Source: Ruminococcus sp.
Lineage (GTDB): Bacteria > Bacillota > Clostridia > Oscillospirales > Ruminococcaceae
DNA length: 32,000 bases
Reading direction: 5' to 3'
Assembly: GCA_017475555.1 (NCBI GenBank)
Contig: JAFVFL010000046.1
Location: 138,676 to 170,675, forward strand
Notes under the pieces: generated by a model
What the model saw: the letters and a program-made list of their open reading frames with translations, nothing else
Told to the model about the DNA's origin: nothing
Database searches by the model: none
Program-made: the position numbers and the translations under genes
Part shown: positions 7,419 to 16,165 of the stretch, in pieces
Layout: the number at the start of each line of letters is the position of its first letter
Numbering within the stretch: the stretch's first letter is position 1

Positions 7419-10400
7419 TCAGACAGTTACCTCGCCGGCATCTATCTTCTGTATCATTATTGCGTCAAGTCCCGAAAGACCTACAGTTCCGTCACAGTCT
7501 GCATTCGTCTGTCCCTGCTGCGAGAGAGGATACTTCTCTGAGTTTGCAAGGAACTGGAGAACTGCTACAGCGTCTGCCATGTTTACTTTGTTATCGCAGT
7601 TTGCATCGCCGGGTGTAGTCGAAGTGCTGCCGTCGTCTGATGAGCTTGTAGTTGTCTGTACCGGCTCTGCTGTTGTAGTTGTAGTTGCAGCAGCTGTAGT
7701 TGTCTCAGTGGGCTGGTCGGAGGAGATTATCAGGTCGCCGGTATTGATGAGCATATCGTCCATTGTACCGCCGTCTGTCTCGAACTCTGCCTTGAGTGCC
7801 GAGAAGAGATCCTCACCGGTCTTAGTTGTCATCTTGTAGCTGTTCGCCGGGATATAGCTTACAGAGGAATTTGTATCGAAGTTCTCATAGGTGTTGCCGC
7901 TCGATACCTTTGTGCTCTTGTCTGTAACGATAGTACCGGGAGTTACGTTGTTGCTCTTGCAGTTGTTGAAGTAGTCATTGTAGCTCTTTATAGCACCTGC
8001 GTCAACTCTCTGCGGATTCTTGCAGCTGTTGAATACGTTGTATTCTGAGAAGATGTAAGCATTAGCTCTTGTGTTCTGGCAGTAGCTGGTCTGTCCGTCG
8101 AATACGTTGTTGTACATATGGATATTTGCCTGACGGGCAAGCGGTCCTCTTGACTCGCAGTCCTTCCAGTAGTTGTGGTGGTAGGTCAGGTGGAACTGAA
8201 GATTGCTGTCAGAAGCACCTACCAGGTTAGTCTTGTGATAGCCCTCATAGTAGCAGTAGCTGTTGGTAAAGTACATACCGCGCTTGAAGTCACAAGCTCC
8301 GTCGCCCTCAGCCTTATCGGACTCAGCCGGATTGGATATCTTCGGAACATAGAACTCGCAGTTGTGTATCCAGCACCTCTCAACAGTAGCTGTAAGAGTG
8401 CTGCCGCTCTGAACGCCCTCCATGCCTACGCAGTCCTCAGGTACGTTGCGGAAGGAGATATTTCTTACCTCGAAGCTCTTACCGAAGTCAGGTGCTGCGG
8501 ACTCAGCCATGAAGTGGAAGCCCCAGCCGTTTACACAAGCATCTGAGCCTACGCCCTCGATAGTAACGTTAAGTCCGGACTTCATTCTTGCCATGTAGCC
8601 GTTATCGCCTACAGAGCCGCCGTAATTCACTGAATCGAACTCGGTAACTCCCTCAGGAGCTGTTACATTGCCTATAATTCTAACAACGAGCGGAGTGCCG
8701 TCCTCAGCGAGCTTCTTGATGATACCGTTGTTGGAGTTGGCAGTACCGCCGTTTGAGGTCTTTCCGCCGCCAACGTCCTGACCCGCAGAGTTAAGTATAT
8801 TACCGATACCCTTGACAGTTGTGCCGTCCTTTGAGGTAACGGAAACTGTATTCTTATTTGACTCTGTAACGTAGAGTATCTTAGCGTTTGCTTTTATTGT
8901 ACCGCCGTCAGTGTAAGCACCAACGCCCTTGTCGTAGTTGAAGTGTGCGTAGCCTGAACGATCCTGCTCCGTAACCTCAATTCCTGTGCGGGTAATGCTG
9001 CCCTTGGAGGTATCAAGGGTTATGGAATATGTACCGGGAGCAAGTCCGAGGATATCAACACGGAGTCCTGCGTCTGTATCTCTTACAAGGTACTCAAGAT
9101 CCTCACCAGTGAGCTTTCCGGAGGTGGGGCCTGTGTACGAAACACCTGTAACGTCTGCATCCTTGATGCCTGAGAGCACGAGGTATGCCATCTCGTTCCA
9201 GCCGCCTGAGTAAACCACCTTGATATCACCAACTGAGATATTTCCGCCGCCCTGAACTGATGTAGTTTCGGTCGTGCTGCCGCCCTGTGAAGAGGAAGCC
9301 GTGGTTACAGGTGCAGAGCCGTCGCCGGAATATACCATGTAGAACAGATTAGCTGTGTCAGCCTTTGTGAGTGTGTGGCTGCCTGCTGTAACGTCAGTAG
9401 TTATGATACCGCCTGAGCCTGTGAGCTTTGTGCCGTCAAGCTTTATTGTGGGAGCGTCCTCAGCGAATACAAGGGTGAGCTTTCCTGCTGACGGAGCATT
9501 GAAGCTTATGCTCGTAGCGGACTCTATCTTCAGGCACTGAGTAAGTGTCTTTCCGTCGTAATTTACTGTACCCTTTGCAGTTGAAAGGTTTCCTGTGATC
9601 GAATAGAAGCTGCTTGATGTACCATTTGCAGTGAAGTCATGTACCTGGTCACCAGCTGTAACTGTCGTGCCGCCGCCCGATACAGTTGTGGTAACTGTTG
9701 TAGCAACGACCGGAGCAGCAGTTGTGGAAGCTGTAGTTGACGGAACAGGTGCGTCACCGTCGTCCTTCTTGAAGCCGCTGCCGATAGCAACGATAGAATC
9801 CTTGTAAGCTACGAGTGCAGCCTTGAGTGCGGTATTTACAGCGTAGCTCTCATCATCAACTGAATTGTCGAATGTCCACTTGAAATCGCCGCCGTCAATA
9901 CGACCTGCACCAGCAGTAACTATCGCCGGAACGTCAGCCGCAGCATCAGGAGTATACTTGTACATCGAGCTTGCTGTGTCAAAATTGTTATATGTAGTAC
10001 CACCTGAGACTGTCTTTACACTTGACGGAACGGATTCGCTGCGTGATGAAGCCTCATATGCATCGAAGCTTGAGCTGTTGTCCTGATATGTGATGTAGCT
10101 CTTTGCACCCTCGATGACGTTGCCGTATGACTTGATGATACCACCTGTCTCGCCGGAGAACGTTGCATCAGCAGTTCCGTTGAGTATATCACTGCCCTGG
10201 AGTGAGCTCATCATAGGCTTTGCACAGTTGCGGAAGTAATTGTTCTCTACAAAGCATGATGCTCCCATTGTAACACCTACGCCATACTTTGCGTTGCCGT
10301 CGAAGTAGTTGTTGTAGCTGTGGACTGTGCAGCTGCGAATTCTCGGGTGGCGCGAGTCTGAGTGATCGTACCAGTTGTGGTGGTAGGTTATGTAGTTCTC

Positions 10401-11444
10401 AGCAGTCTCGCTCTTCATTCCCTGAAGATTACACTTTCCGTTATCCCAGAAGTGGTTGTATGAATGAGTGATGTAGCTTGATGTCTTGGTATCAAGTGCT
10501 CCGTCACCCTTAGCCTGGTCGGAGTCGCTGCCTGCATCGCCGTAGAACATATCACAGTGATGTACCCACACATGGTCATTGTTCTGCTGAAGTCCGACAT
10601 CGTCACCCTCTCCGCTGTTGCAGTTCATGAAACCGATATTTCTTACCTCAACATTTGTAGCGTTCGCAATACGCAGACCGAAGCCATTGAAGGTAGTATC
10701 ATTGCCGATACCCTCGATAGTAACACCGCATGAAAGTCTCTTTGATGCACCATTTCCCTTTATGAGCAGATCGCCGTCCATAAGAGTTGCCGGGTCAGTG
10801 ATGTTGCCTATGCAGCGGATATCGAGCGGTCTGTCATCATAGCCCTTCTGGTATGCTGTGAGTATATCCTGTATACCGGTAGACGGTGTAGTTGCACCCT
10901 TTGAGCTTGTAACAACATCGAGCGAAACATTGTCCTTTGTGTCTTCAGTCACATAAAGAACGACCGCATTGCTCTTCAGCGTTCCGTCGTCGTTATATGC
11001 ACCCGAGGAAGAACCATTGACAAATCCGAAGCCGCTTCTGTCGTGTGCCTTGACTGTAACAGCCTGCTCAGCAGCCTTTGAGGTGTCAGCATTTCCGCTT
11101 ATTACAGGTACTATTTTAATGGTATGGCTGCCAGCCTTCAGACCGAGTGCGTCAGCTCTGAAATAGCCGCTGTACTGTCTTACGAGCATTGTGTCGATCT
11201 GTGTGCCGTCAACGTATACATTGTATCCGGTCGCATCGGTAACAGGTGACCATGTAGCATAAAGCCCCTCGTTATAGCCGACGATCGAAGCGATAGAAAC
11301 GTTTGAGGTCGCCGCAGATGCTGTGATAACGCCTGTTGAAAGCACAGCAGTTCCGGTGATGAAGGTACCAGCTGCGGAGCTTGCTGAAACTACAGCAGCT
11401 GCTGCAAGTGAAGCGATACGCTTTCTCATACGTGAATTTTTCAT
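7419..11444 (-). CDS. Secreted modular pectate lyase with two PL1-type catalytic modules, a central CBM-like module and a C-terminal type-I dockerin
   Basis: Start set at ATG 11444 (GGAGGG RBS) with signal peptide MKNSRMRKRIASLAAAAVVSASSAAG. Module 1 reads VWVHHCDMF...GDGALDTK...YHHNWYDHSDSRHPRIRSCTVHSYNNYF. Module 2 reads CWIHNCEF...GDGACDFK...YHHNYWKDCESRGPLARQANIHMYNNVF. Thr-rich linkers join the modules. Dockerin is GDANCDNKVNMADAVAVLQ...NADCDGTVGLSGLDAIMI. Confidence 0.85.
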   Translation of the reverse strand: MKNSRMRKRIASLAAAAVVSASSAAGTFITGTAVLSTGVITASAATSNVSIASIVGYNEGLYATWSPVTDATGYNVYVDGTQIDTMLVRQYSGYFRADALGLKAGSHTIKIVPVISGNADTSKAAEQAVTVKAHDRSGFGFVNGSSSGAYNDDGTLKSNAVVLYVTEDTKDNVSLDVVTSSKGATTPSTGIQDILTAYQKGYDDRPLDIRCIGNITDPATLMDGDLLIKGNGASKRLSCGVTIEGIGNDTTFNGFGLRIANATNVEVRNIGFMNCNSGEGDDVGLQQNNDHVWVHHCDMFYGDAGSDSDQAKGDGALDTKTSSYITHSYNHFWDNGKCNLQGMKSETAENYITYHHNWYDHSDSRHPRIRSCTVHSYNNYFDGNAKYGVGVTMGASCFVENNYFRNCAKPMMSSLQGSDILNGTADATFSGETGGIIKSYGNVIEGAKSYITYQDNSSSFDAYEASSRSESVPSSVKTVSGGTTYNNFDTASSMYKYTPDAAADVPAIVTAGAGRIDGGDFKWTFDNSVDDESYAVNTALKAALVAYKDSIVAIGSGFKKDDGDAPVPSTTASTTAAPVVATTVTTTVSGGGTTVTAGDQVHDFTANGTSSSFYSITGNLSTAKGTVNYDGKTLTQCLKIESATSISFNAPSAGKLTLVFAEDAPTIKLDGTKLTGSGGIITTDVTAGSHTLTKADTANLFYMVYSGDGSAPVTTASSSQGGSTTETTSVQGGGNISVGDIKVVYSGGWNEMAYLVLSGIKDADVTGVSYTGPTSGKLTGEDLEYLVRDTDAGLRVDILGLAPGTYSITLDTSKGSITRTGIEVTEQDRSGYAHFNYDKGVGAYTDGGTIKANAKILYVTESNKNTVSVTSKDGTTVKGIGNILNSAGQDVGGGKTSNGGTANSNNGIIKKLAEDGTPLVVRIIGNVTAPEGVTEFDSVNYGGSVGDNGYMARMKSGLNVTIEGVGSDACVNGWGFHFMAESAAPDFGKSFEVRNISFRNVPEDCVGMEGVQSGSTLTATVERCWIHNCEFYVPKISNPAESDKAEGDGACDFKRGMYFTNSYCYYEGYHKTNLVGASDSNLQFHLTYHHNYWKDCESRGPLARQANIHMYNNVFDGQTSYCQNTRANAYIFSEYNVFNSCKNPQRVDAGAIKSYNDYFNNCKSNNVTPGTIVTDKSTKVSSGNTYENFDTNSSVSYIPANSYKMTTKTGEDLFSALKAEFETDGGTMDDMLINTGDLIISSDQPTETTTAAATTTTTAEPVQTTTSSSDDGSTSTTPGDANCDNKVNMADAVAVLQFLANSEKYPLSQQGQTNADCDGTVGLSGLDAIMIQKIDAGEVTV

Positions 11445-11558
11445 TTTTGACCCTCCATAAAATAATGATATAATGATATAATGAAGCTGCCGATCGCAGC
11501 TTTGTCGGGATCTCAGAGCCGCATTCCCCGGCGGCTCTCTGTGTCCCTCACTGTCTAT

Positions 11559-11587
11559 ATTATACGCCTGTTTTCTGCATATTTCAA
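11559..11587 (-). promoter_or_regulatory. sigma70 promoter for the pectate lyase gene
   Basis: Minus strand reads TTGAAA (11587..11582), a 17-nt spacer, then TATAAT (11564..11559). This leaves a structured 5' UTR of about 110 nt. Confidence 0.5.
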
Positions 11588-11719
11588 TGACAGATAATAC
11601 TAAGAAACTGATTTTTTGTGCTTTTGTGTTTGGATTCCGGAGACGAAAAATCAATCACAAATTATTCACAGTTCATACTTTCTTTTGAAACAGCTTTACA
11701 TTCAAATGTACAATTATGG

Positions 11720-11748
11720 TTGACAAATCCGGATAAATGCTGTATAAT
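11720..11748 (+). promoter_or_regulatory. Consensus sigma70 promoter for the GH5 gene
   Basis: TTGACA (11720..11725), a 17-nt spacer, then TATAAT (11743..11748). Confidence 0.55.
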
Positions 11749-11834
11749 ATAGAAAGAATAATAATATTATCAGAAATTTATACGATACGTATATTGCAGG
11801 CGTGTATATTTCTGATATAAAGAGAGGGAAAATT

Positions 11835-13559
11835 ATGACAAGGAAAAACAAGCTCGTCCGGACAGGTCTGTCTGCGGTATCTGCGGCTGCTCTGCTCATG
11901 ACCGCTTCAGGTATCTCCGCTCCGCTGAGTGTCGGAACTGCAAATGCTGCACCTGATGAGTACCATGACGACTGGCTTCACGTAAATGAAAATGCCGAGA
12001 TCGTCGATATGAACGGAGATCCGGTATGGCTCACCGGCTGCAACTGGTTCGGCTACAACGTTACGACCCAGGTGTTTGACGGCGTCTGGTCAAGAAATAT
12101 GCACGAGATGCTTAACGAAATGGCTGACCACGGATTCAATTTACTCCGTGTACCAATGTCCACCCAGATACTTCTGCAATGGATGAACGGCGACCCTGAC
12201 CCGTATAAGGTCAAGGTCAACGAGTGGAAGAATCCGGAGCTTACAGTCGAGGGTATTGAGGGAGGTACAATCAAGTACAGCTTTGACATCTGGAATCAGG
12301 CTGTTGAGTGGTGCAGAGAAAACGGCATAAAGATAATGATAGATATACACTGTGCCACGACCGCTTCTAACGGACACCAGTACCCACTCTGGTATGACAG
12401 CAACTACTCCACAGATGACTGGCTGACGGCACTTGCATGGGTCGCTGATTACTACAAGGACGATGATACTATCATCGCTATCGACCTGAAAAACGAGCCG
12501 CACGGCAAGAATGACGGACAGGGCATGGCGAAGTGGGACGATTCAACTGATGAAAACAACTGGCGTTATGCGGCTGAGCAGGGTGCAGCGGCTGTCCTTG
12601 AAAAAAATCCGAACCTGCTCATCATGGTCGAGGGCATTGAGGTATATCCAAAGTTCGACGAGGGCGGAACGTGGGATTCTCAGCCTGTTGACTACTCACG
12701 TTATCCGTGGAGTCCGTTCTATGGTGCATGGTGGGGCGGAAACTTCCGTGGTGCAAGGGATTACCCTGTAGACCTCGGCGAGTATCAGAGTCAGCTTGTG
12801 TACTCTCCGCACGATTACGGCCCTCTTGTGTGGGAGCAGGACTGGTTCAAGAAGGACTTCACCCGTGAGACACTGCTTGAGGACTACTGGTACGACACAT
12901 GGGCATATCTTATCGAGGAGAATATCTCTCCACTACTCATGGGCGAATGGGGCGGCTTTATCGACGAGGAGCATGACCCGACCGGTGACAATACAAAGTG
13001 GCTGACTATCCTGCGTGACTACATGATAGAGAAGCATATCCACCATACGTTCTGGTGCTTCAACGAGAACTCCGGCGATACCGGCGGATTGCTGACAAAT
13101 GATTTCCAGGACTGGGACGTTGATAAGTATGAGCTTGTAAAGCCTGCACTCTGGCAGACGAATGACGGAAAATTCATCAGTCTTGACCATACTATCCCCC
13201 TTGGACAGAGCGGAAACGGCATTTCCCTTTCGGATTACTACGGCGGCACTGTGACCCAGCCGACAACTACAGCCGTGCCGGTCACCACGACTACAGAAGC
13301 TGCGGCTTCTGCTGAGACGACAACGATCTCCGGCTCTCAGGATAGTATGGGTGACGCAAACTGCGACAGCAAGGTGAATATGGCTGACGCTGTAGCGGTA
13401 TTGCAGAATCTTGCCAACAGCTCGAAATATTCTCTCTCTGAGCAGGGTGAAAAGAATGCTGACTGCGACGGAAGTTCAGGTCTGACCGGGAATGACGCTA
13501 TCACGATACTACGTGTAGAAGCAGGAGAGATAAAGCAGACTGATCTCCCCCTGAAATAA
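11835..13559 (+). CDS. GH5 endoglucanase (cellulase) with C-terminal type-I dockerin
   Basis: ATG 11835 follows AGAGAGGGAAA. Signal peptide is MTRKNKLVRTGLSAVSAAALLMTASG. The acid/base context is IAIDLKNEPHG and the nucleophile context is LMGEWGG. A Thr-rich linker precedes the dockerin GDANCDSKVNMADAVAVLQ...NADCDGSSGLTGNDAITIL. Confidence 0.88.
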   Translation: MTRKNKLVRTGLSAVSAAALLMTASGISAPLSVGTANAAPDEYHDDWLHVNENAEIVDMNGDPVWLTGCNWFGYNVTTQVFDGVWSRNMHEMLNEMADHGFNLLRVPMSTQILLQWMNGDPDPYKVKVNEWKNPELTVEGIEGGTIKYSFDIWNQAVEWCRENGIKIMIDIHCATTASNGHQYPLWYDSNYSTDDWLTALAWVADYYKDDDTIIAIDLKNEPHGKNDGQGMAKWDDSTDENNWRYAAEQGAAAVLEKNPNLLIMVEGIEVYPKFDEGGTWDSQPVDYSRYPWSPFYGAWWGGNFRGARDYPVDLGEYQSQLVYSPHDYGPLVWEQDWFKKDFTRETLLEDYWYDTWAYLIEENISPLLMGEWGGFIDEEHDPTGDNTKWLTILRDYMIEKHIHHTFWCFNENSGDTGGLLTNDFQDWDVDKYELVKPALWQTNDGKFISLDHTIPLGQSGNGISLSDYYGGTVTQPTTTAVPVTTTTEAAASAETTTISGSQDSMGDANCDSKVNMADAVAVLQNLANSSKYSLSEQGEKNADCDGSSGLTGNDAITILRVEAGEIKQTDLPLK

Positions 13560-13580
13560 ATGCTGAAAGGATCAGTAAAT

Positions 13581-14210
13581 ATGCTGGATTTTATCACTGT
13601 CAACACCCACAGCAGTATCCGCATCGAGGACAAAAAGATCATCTATGTTGACCCGTTCAGGATCACCGGTGAATCGCATGATGCTGACATTATCCTCATT
13701 ACGCACAGTCATTTCGACCACCTGTCGCCGGAGGATATCCGGAAGGTGATGAAGCAGGATACTGTGCTCGTCAGTCCGAAGTCTGTCACAGAGGCGGACA
13801 GTCTGGGGCTAACTGTGCAGAAGGTCGGTACTCACGAGACATTCGAGGTCGGCGGCATAAAAATGGAAACTGTTCCGGCGTACAATAAGCTGAAACCATT
13901 TCACCCGAAATCAAAGGGCTGGGTGGGATATATCATCAACAGCGAAACACATGGGCGTATTTACGTTGCCGGTGATACGGATATCACAGAGGAAAACCGA
14001 CAGGTGCAGTGCCGTATTGCCATGCTCCCCATCGGCGGAACATACACGGTCGATGCAAAGCAAGCCGCAAGGCTTGCCAATATCCTGCGTCCGGAATACG
14101 TCATTCCCGTCCACTACGGCAGCGTTGCCGGAAAGCCGGAGGATGCGGACACATTTCAGAAATACATTGAAAGCGGTATACAGGTCGTTTTGAAGGTACA
14201 GGCATTCTGA
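13581..14210 (+). CDS. MBL-fold metallo-hydrolase
   Basis: HxHxDH motif in ILITHSHFDHL. ATG 13581 is preferred (AAAGGA upstream) over ATG 13560, which abuts the GH5 stop and has no RBS. Confidence 0.75.
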   Translation: MLDFITVNTHSSIRIEDKKIIYVDPFRITGESHDADIILITHSHFDHLSPEDIRKVMKQDTVLVSPKSVTEADSLGLTVQKVGTHETFEVGGIKMETVPAYNKLKPFHPKSKGWVGYIINSETHGRIYVAGDTDITEENRQVQCRIAMLPIGGTYTVDAKQAARLANILRPEYVIPVHYGSVAGKPEDADTFQKYIESGIQVVLKVQAF

Positions 14211-14311
14211 AACGGGAGAATGGCATTACTGCGGAAGCAGATTCCTCCCGCACAGATAAGAAATACAAATGATAGTCCGCACGTTATGATTTTAATGGAG
14301 GAACACAGATC

Positions 14312-15490
14312 ATGAATGATTTTCAGTTTTACAGCCCGACCGAATTTGTATTCGGCAAGGATACAGAAGCACAGGTCGGTACACTCGTGAAAAAGCACGG
14401 CGGCACCAAAGTGCTGCTGCATTACGGCGGACAGTCGGCGATCAGAAGCGGCTTGCTCGACAGAGTAAAGCGATCGCTTTCCGAGAAGGATATCCCCTTC
14501 GCTGAGCTCGGCGGCGTGAAGCCGAATCCAAGAGATACGCTTGTTTATGAGGGCATTGAGCTTTGCCGCAGGGAGAATGTGGATTTCCTGCTTGCTGTCG
14601 GCGGCGGCTCGGTCATAGACTCGGCAAAGGCGATCGCAATGGGAGTTCCGTATGAGGGAGATTTCTGGGACTTCTACTCCGGCAAAAGCCCTGCGGCAGC
14701 ATTACCGGTCGGCACGGTGCTGACGATCGCCGCAGCAGGCAGTGAGGGTTCCGGCGATTCTGTCATCACAAAGGAGGACGGAGGTCTGAAACGAGGTGCA
14801 GGCTCCGATCTTATCCGCCCGAAATTCTCTGTTCTTGACCCGGCACTGACCTGCACTCTGCCGCCCTACCAGACAGCCTGCGGTGCGACAGACATTATGG
14901 CACACGTATTTGAGCGTTACTTCACGAATACGACCGAGGTCGAGCTGACCGACCGTCTTTGTGAGGCAGTTCTGCTGACAATGGTCAGGGAAACACCCCG
15001 TGTCATTACTGAGCCGGACAATTATCAGGCACGTGCCAACATCATGTGGGCTGGCACGGTCGCACATACCAACATTGTCGGTGTCGGCAGAGATCAGGAC
15101 TGGAACAGCCACGGCATTGAGCATGAGCTGTCGGCACTCTACGATTGTGCCCACGGTGCGGGACTTGCTGTGATAATGCCGGCATGGATGGAGTTTGTGT
15201 ACAAGCATGATCCGCTGCGGTTTGCACAGGCAGCCGTCCGGGTCTGGGGCTGTCAGATGGATTTTGAAAACCCGGAGGTCACGGCATTGGAGGGGATCAG
15301 ACGATTCCGTCAGTTCCTGCACAGCATCGGAATGCCTGTCAATTTCGCAGAGCTTGGTGCACAGGAGGAGGACATTCCCCGGCTTGTTGAGAAGCACGGT
15401 GTCGGCACCGGAAAAACCGGCGGATTTGTGGCACTCTCGGCTGAGGATATTGCAGAAATATATCGTATCGCAGCAAGGGCAAGTGTATGA
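14312..15490 (+). CDS. Iron-containing (group III) alcohol dehydrogenase, butanol-dehydrogenase/YqhD-like
   Basis: Motifs AVGGGSVIDSAKAIA and the His cluster HGIEHELSALYDCAHGAGLA. RBS is ATGGAGGAACA. Confidence 0.88.
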   Translation: MNDFQFYSPTEFVFGKDTEAQVGTLVKKHGGTKVLLHYGGQSAIRSGLLDRVKRSLSEKDIPFAELGGVKPNPRDTLVYEGIELCRRENVDFLLAVGGGSVIDSAKAIAMGVPYEGDFWDFYSGKSPAAALPVGTVLTIAAAGSEGSGDSVITKEDGGLKRGAGSDLIRPKFSVLDPALTCTLPPYQTACGATDIMAHVFERYFTNTTEVELTDRLCEAVLLTMVRETPRVITEPDNYQARANIMWAGTVAHTNIVGVGRDQDWNSHGIEHELSALYDCAHGAGLAVIMPAWMEFVYKHDPLRFAQAAVRVWGCQMDFENPEVTALEGIRRFRQFLHSIGMPVNFAELGAQEEDIPRLVEKHGVGTGKTGGFVALSAEDIAEIYRIAARASV

Positions 15491-15498
15491 TATGAAAC

Positions 15499-15530
15499 AA
15501 AGCAGCACCGGAATAATCTGGTGCTGCTTT
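15499..15530. terminator. Bidirectional hairpin terminator between adh (+) and the clpP-like gene (-)
   Basis: aaagcagcacc ggaataatct ggtgctgcttt forms a stem of about 11 bp flanked by A/T tracts. It sits between the convergent stops at 15490 and 15590. Confidence 0.65.
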
Positions 15531-15589
15531 CTCTGTTACGATACAACGCAGTAATAAGTCTTATCAGGCAAAAAACAGGTGAATTGCGG

Positions 15590-16162
15590 TCAGATCACCT
15601 CGTCCACAACGCCAGCCTTTTTTGCCTCTTCAGCCGTCATCCAATAATCACGGTCACAGATCTGCTCCACCTTCTTGACAGACATTCCCGTAAAGGAGGA
15701 GAGCAGCTGATTGATACGGGTACGCATTTTCATCAGATTTCGAGCAGCTATCTCTACATCTGTTGCCTGTCCGCTTGCACTTCCAAGTACCTGATGAAGC
15801 ATGATCTGACTATTTTCATATGCACATCGCTTACCCTTCGCCCCGCTTGCAAGCAGGAATGCACCCATAGATGCAGATAATCCGCAGCCAACAGTTGCAA
15901 CATCACAATGCAGTCTTCTCATCACATCATATATCGCTAAGCCTGCGGTGACACTGCCGCCGGGGCTGTTGATATACAGCTGGATATCCTGCTTAGGGTC
16001 TGCCGATTCAAGCGTGTGCATTTGTGCAATTACGCTGGCTGCAACGGCATCATTGATCTCATCAAACAGAAGTATGATACGATCAGAAAGCAGCTGATCA
16101 AATGGAGCAACGGATTTTTCCGTGCCATTCGGCTTTTTTGTAATGTAGTTCGGGACAATCAT
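15590..16162 (-). CDS. clpP: ClpP-family serine protease paralog (190 aa), last gene of a three-gene operon
   Basis: LYINSPGGSVTAG is present. The catalytic Ser lies in GLSASMGAFLL, His in IMLHQV and Asp in CDRDYWM. ATG 16162 is 3 nt after the upstream TAA, and RBS GAGGAGGA lies inside the upstream gene's 3' end. Confidence 0.88.
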   Translation of the reverse strand: MIVPNYITKKPNGTEKSVAPFDQLLSDRIILLFDEINDAVAASVIAQMHTLESADPKQDIQLYINSPGGSVTAGLAIYDVMRRLHCDVATVGCGLSASMGAFLLASGAKGKRCAYENSQIMLHQVLGSASGQATDVEIAARNLMKMRTRINQLLSSFTGMSVKKVEQICDRDYWMTAEEAKKAGVVDEVI

Positions 16163-16165
16163 CTT

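Noticed and set aside
7419-7620. Inverted repeat of about 190 bp shared with 13340..13540. The antisense ORFs of both contain FTLLSQFASP.
   Set aside because: It is explained by homologous dockerin modules at the 3' ends of the divergently oriented pectate lyase and GH5 genes. These are not IS or transposon terminal repeats.
11462-11485. Tandem 8-mers considered as a CRISPR-like or minisatellite array
   Set aside because: There are only three 8-bp units with no spacers, which is far too short for CRISPR. They are kept only as a leader feature.
11445-11654. 70-codon N-terminal extension of the pectate lyase ORF (MIFRLRNPNTKAQ...)
   Set aside because: The extension covers the predicted promoter and leader and has no RBS or signal-peptide logic. 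The internal ATG 11444 has a GGAGGG RBS and is followed by a classic signal peptide.
14702-15508. 268-aa minus-strand ORF, plus other long antisense ORFs inside adh, the pectate lyase gene, the GH5 gene and the CotH gene
   Set aside because: They are fully embedded antisense in strongly supported genes. Their composition is Cys/Arg/Ser-rich and typical of wrong-frame translation of GC-rich coding DNA, and they lack start signals.
15590-16162. ClpP-like gene as a phage prohead (S14) protease
   Set aside because: It aligns over its full length to cellular ClpP motifs at the typical 190-aa size. It is coupled to an ATPase gene rather than to portal or capsid genes. The phage remnants lie more than 8 kb away on the other side of chromosomal genes.
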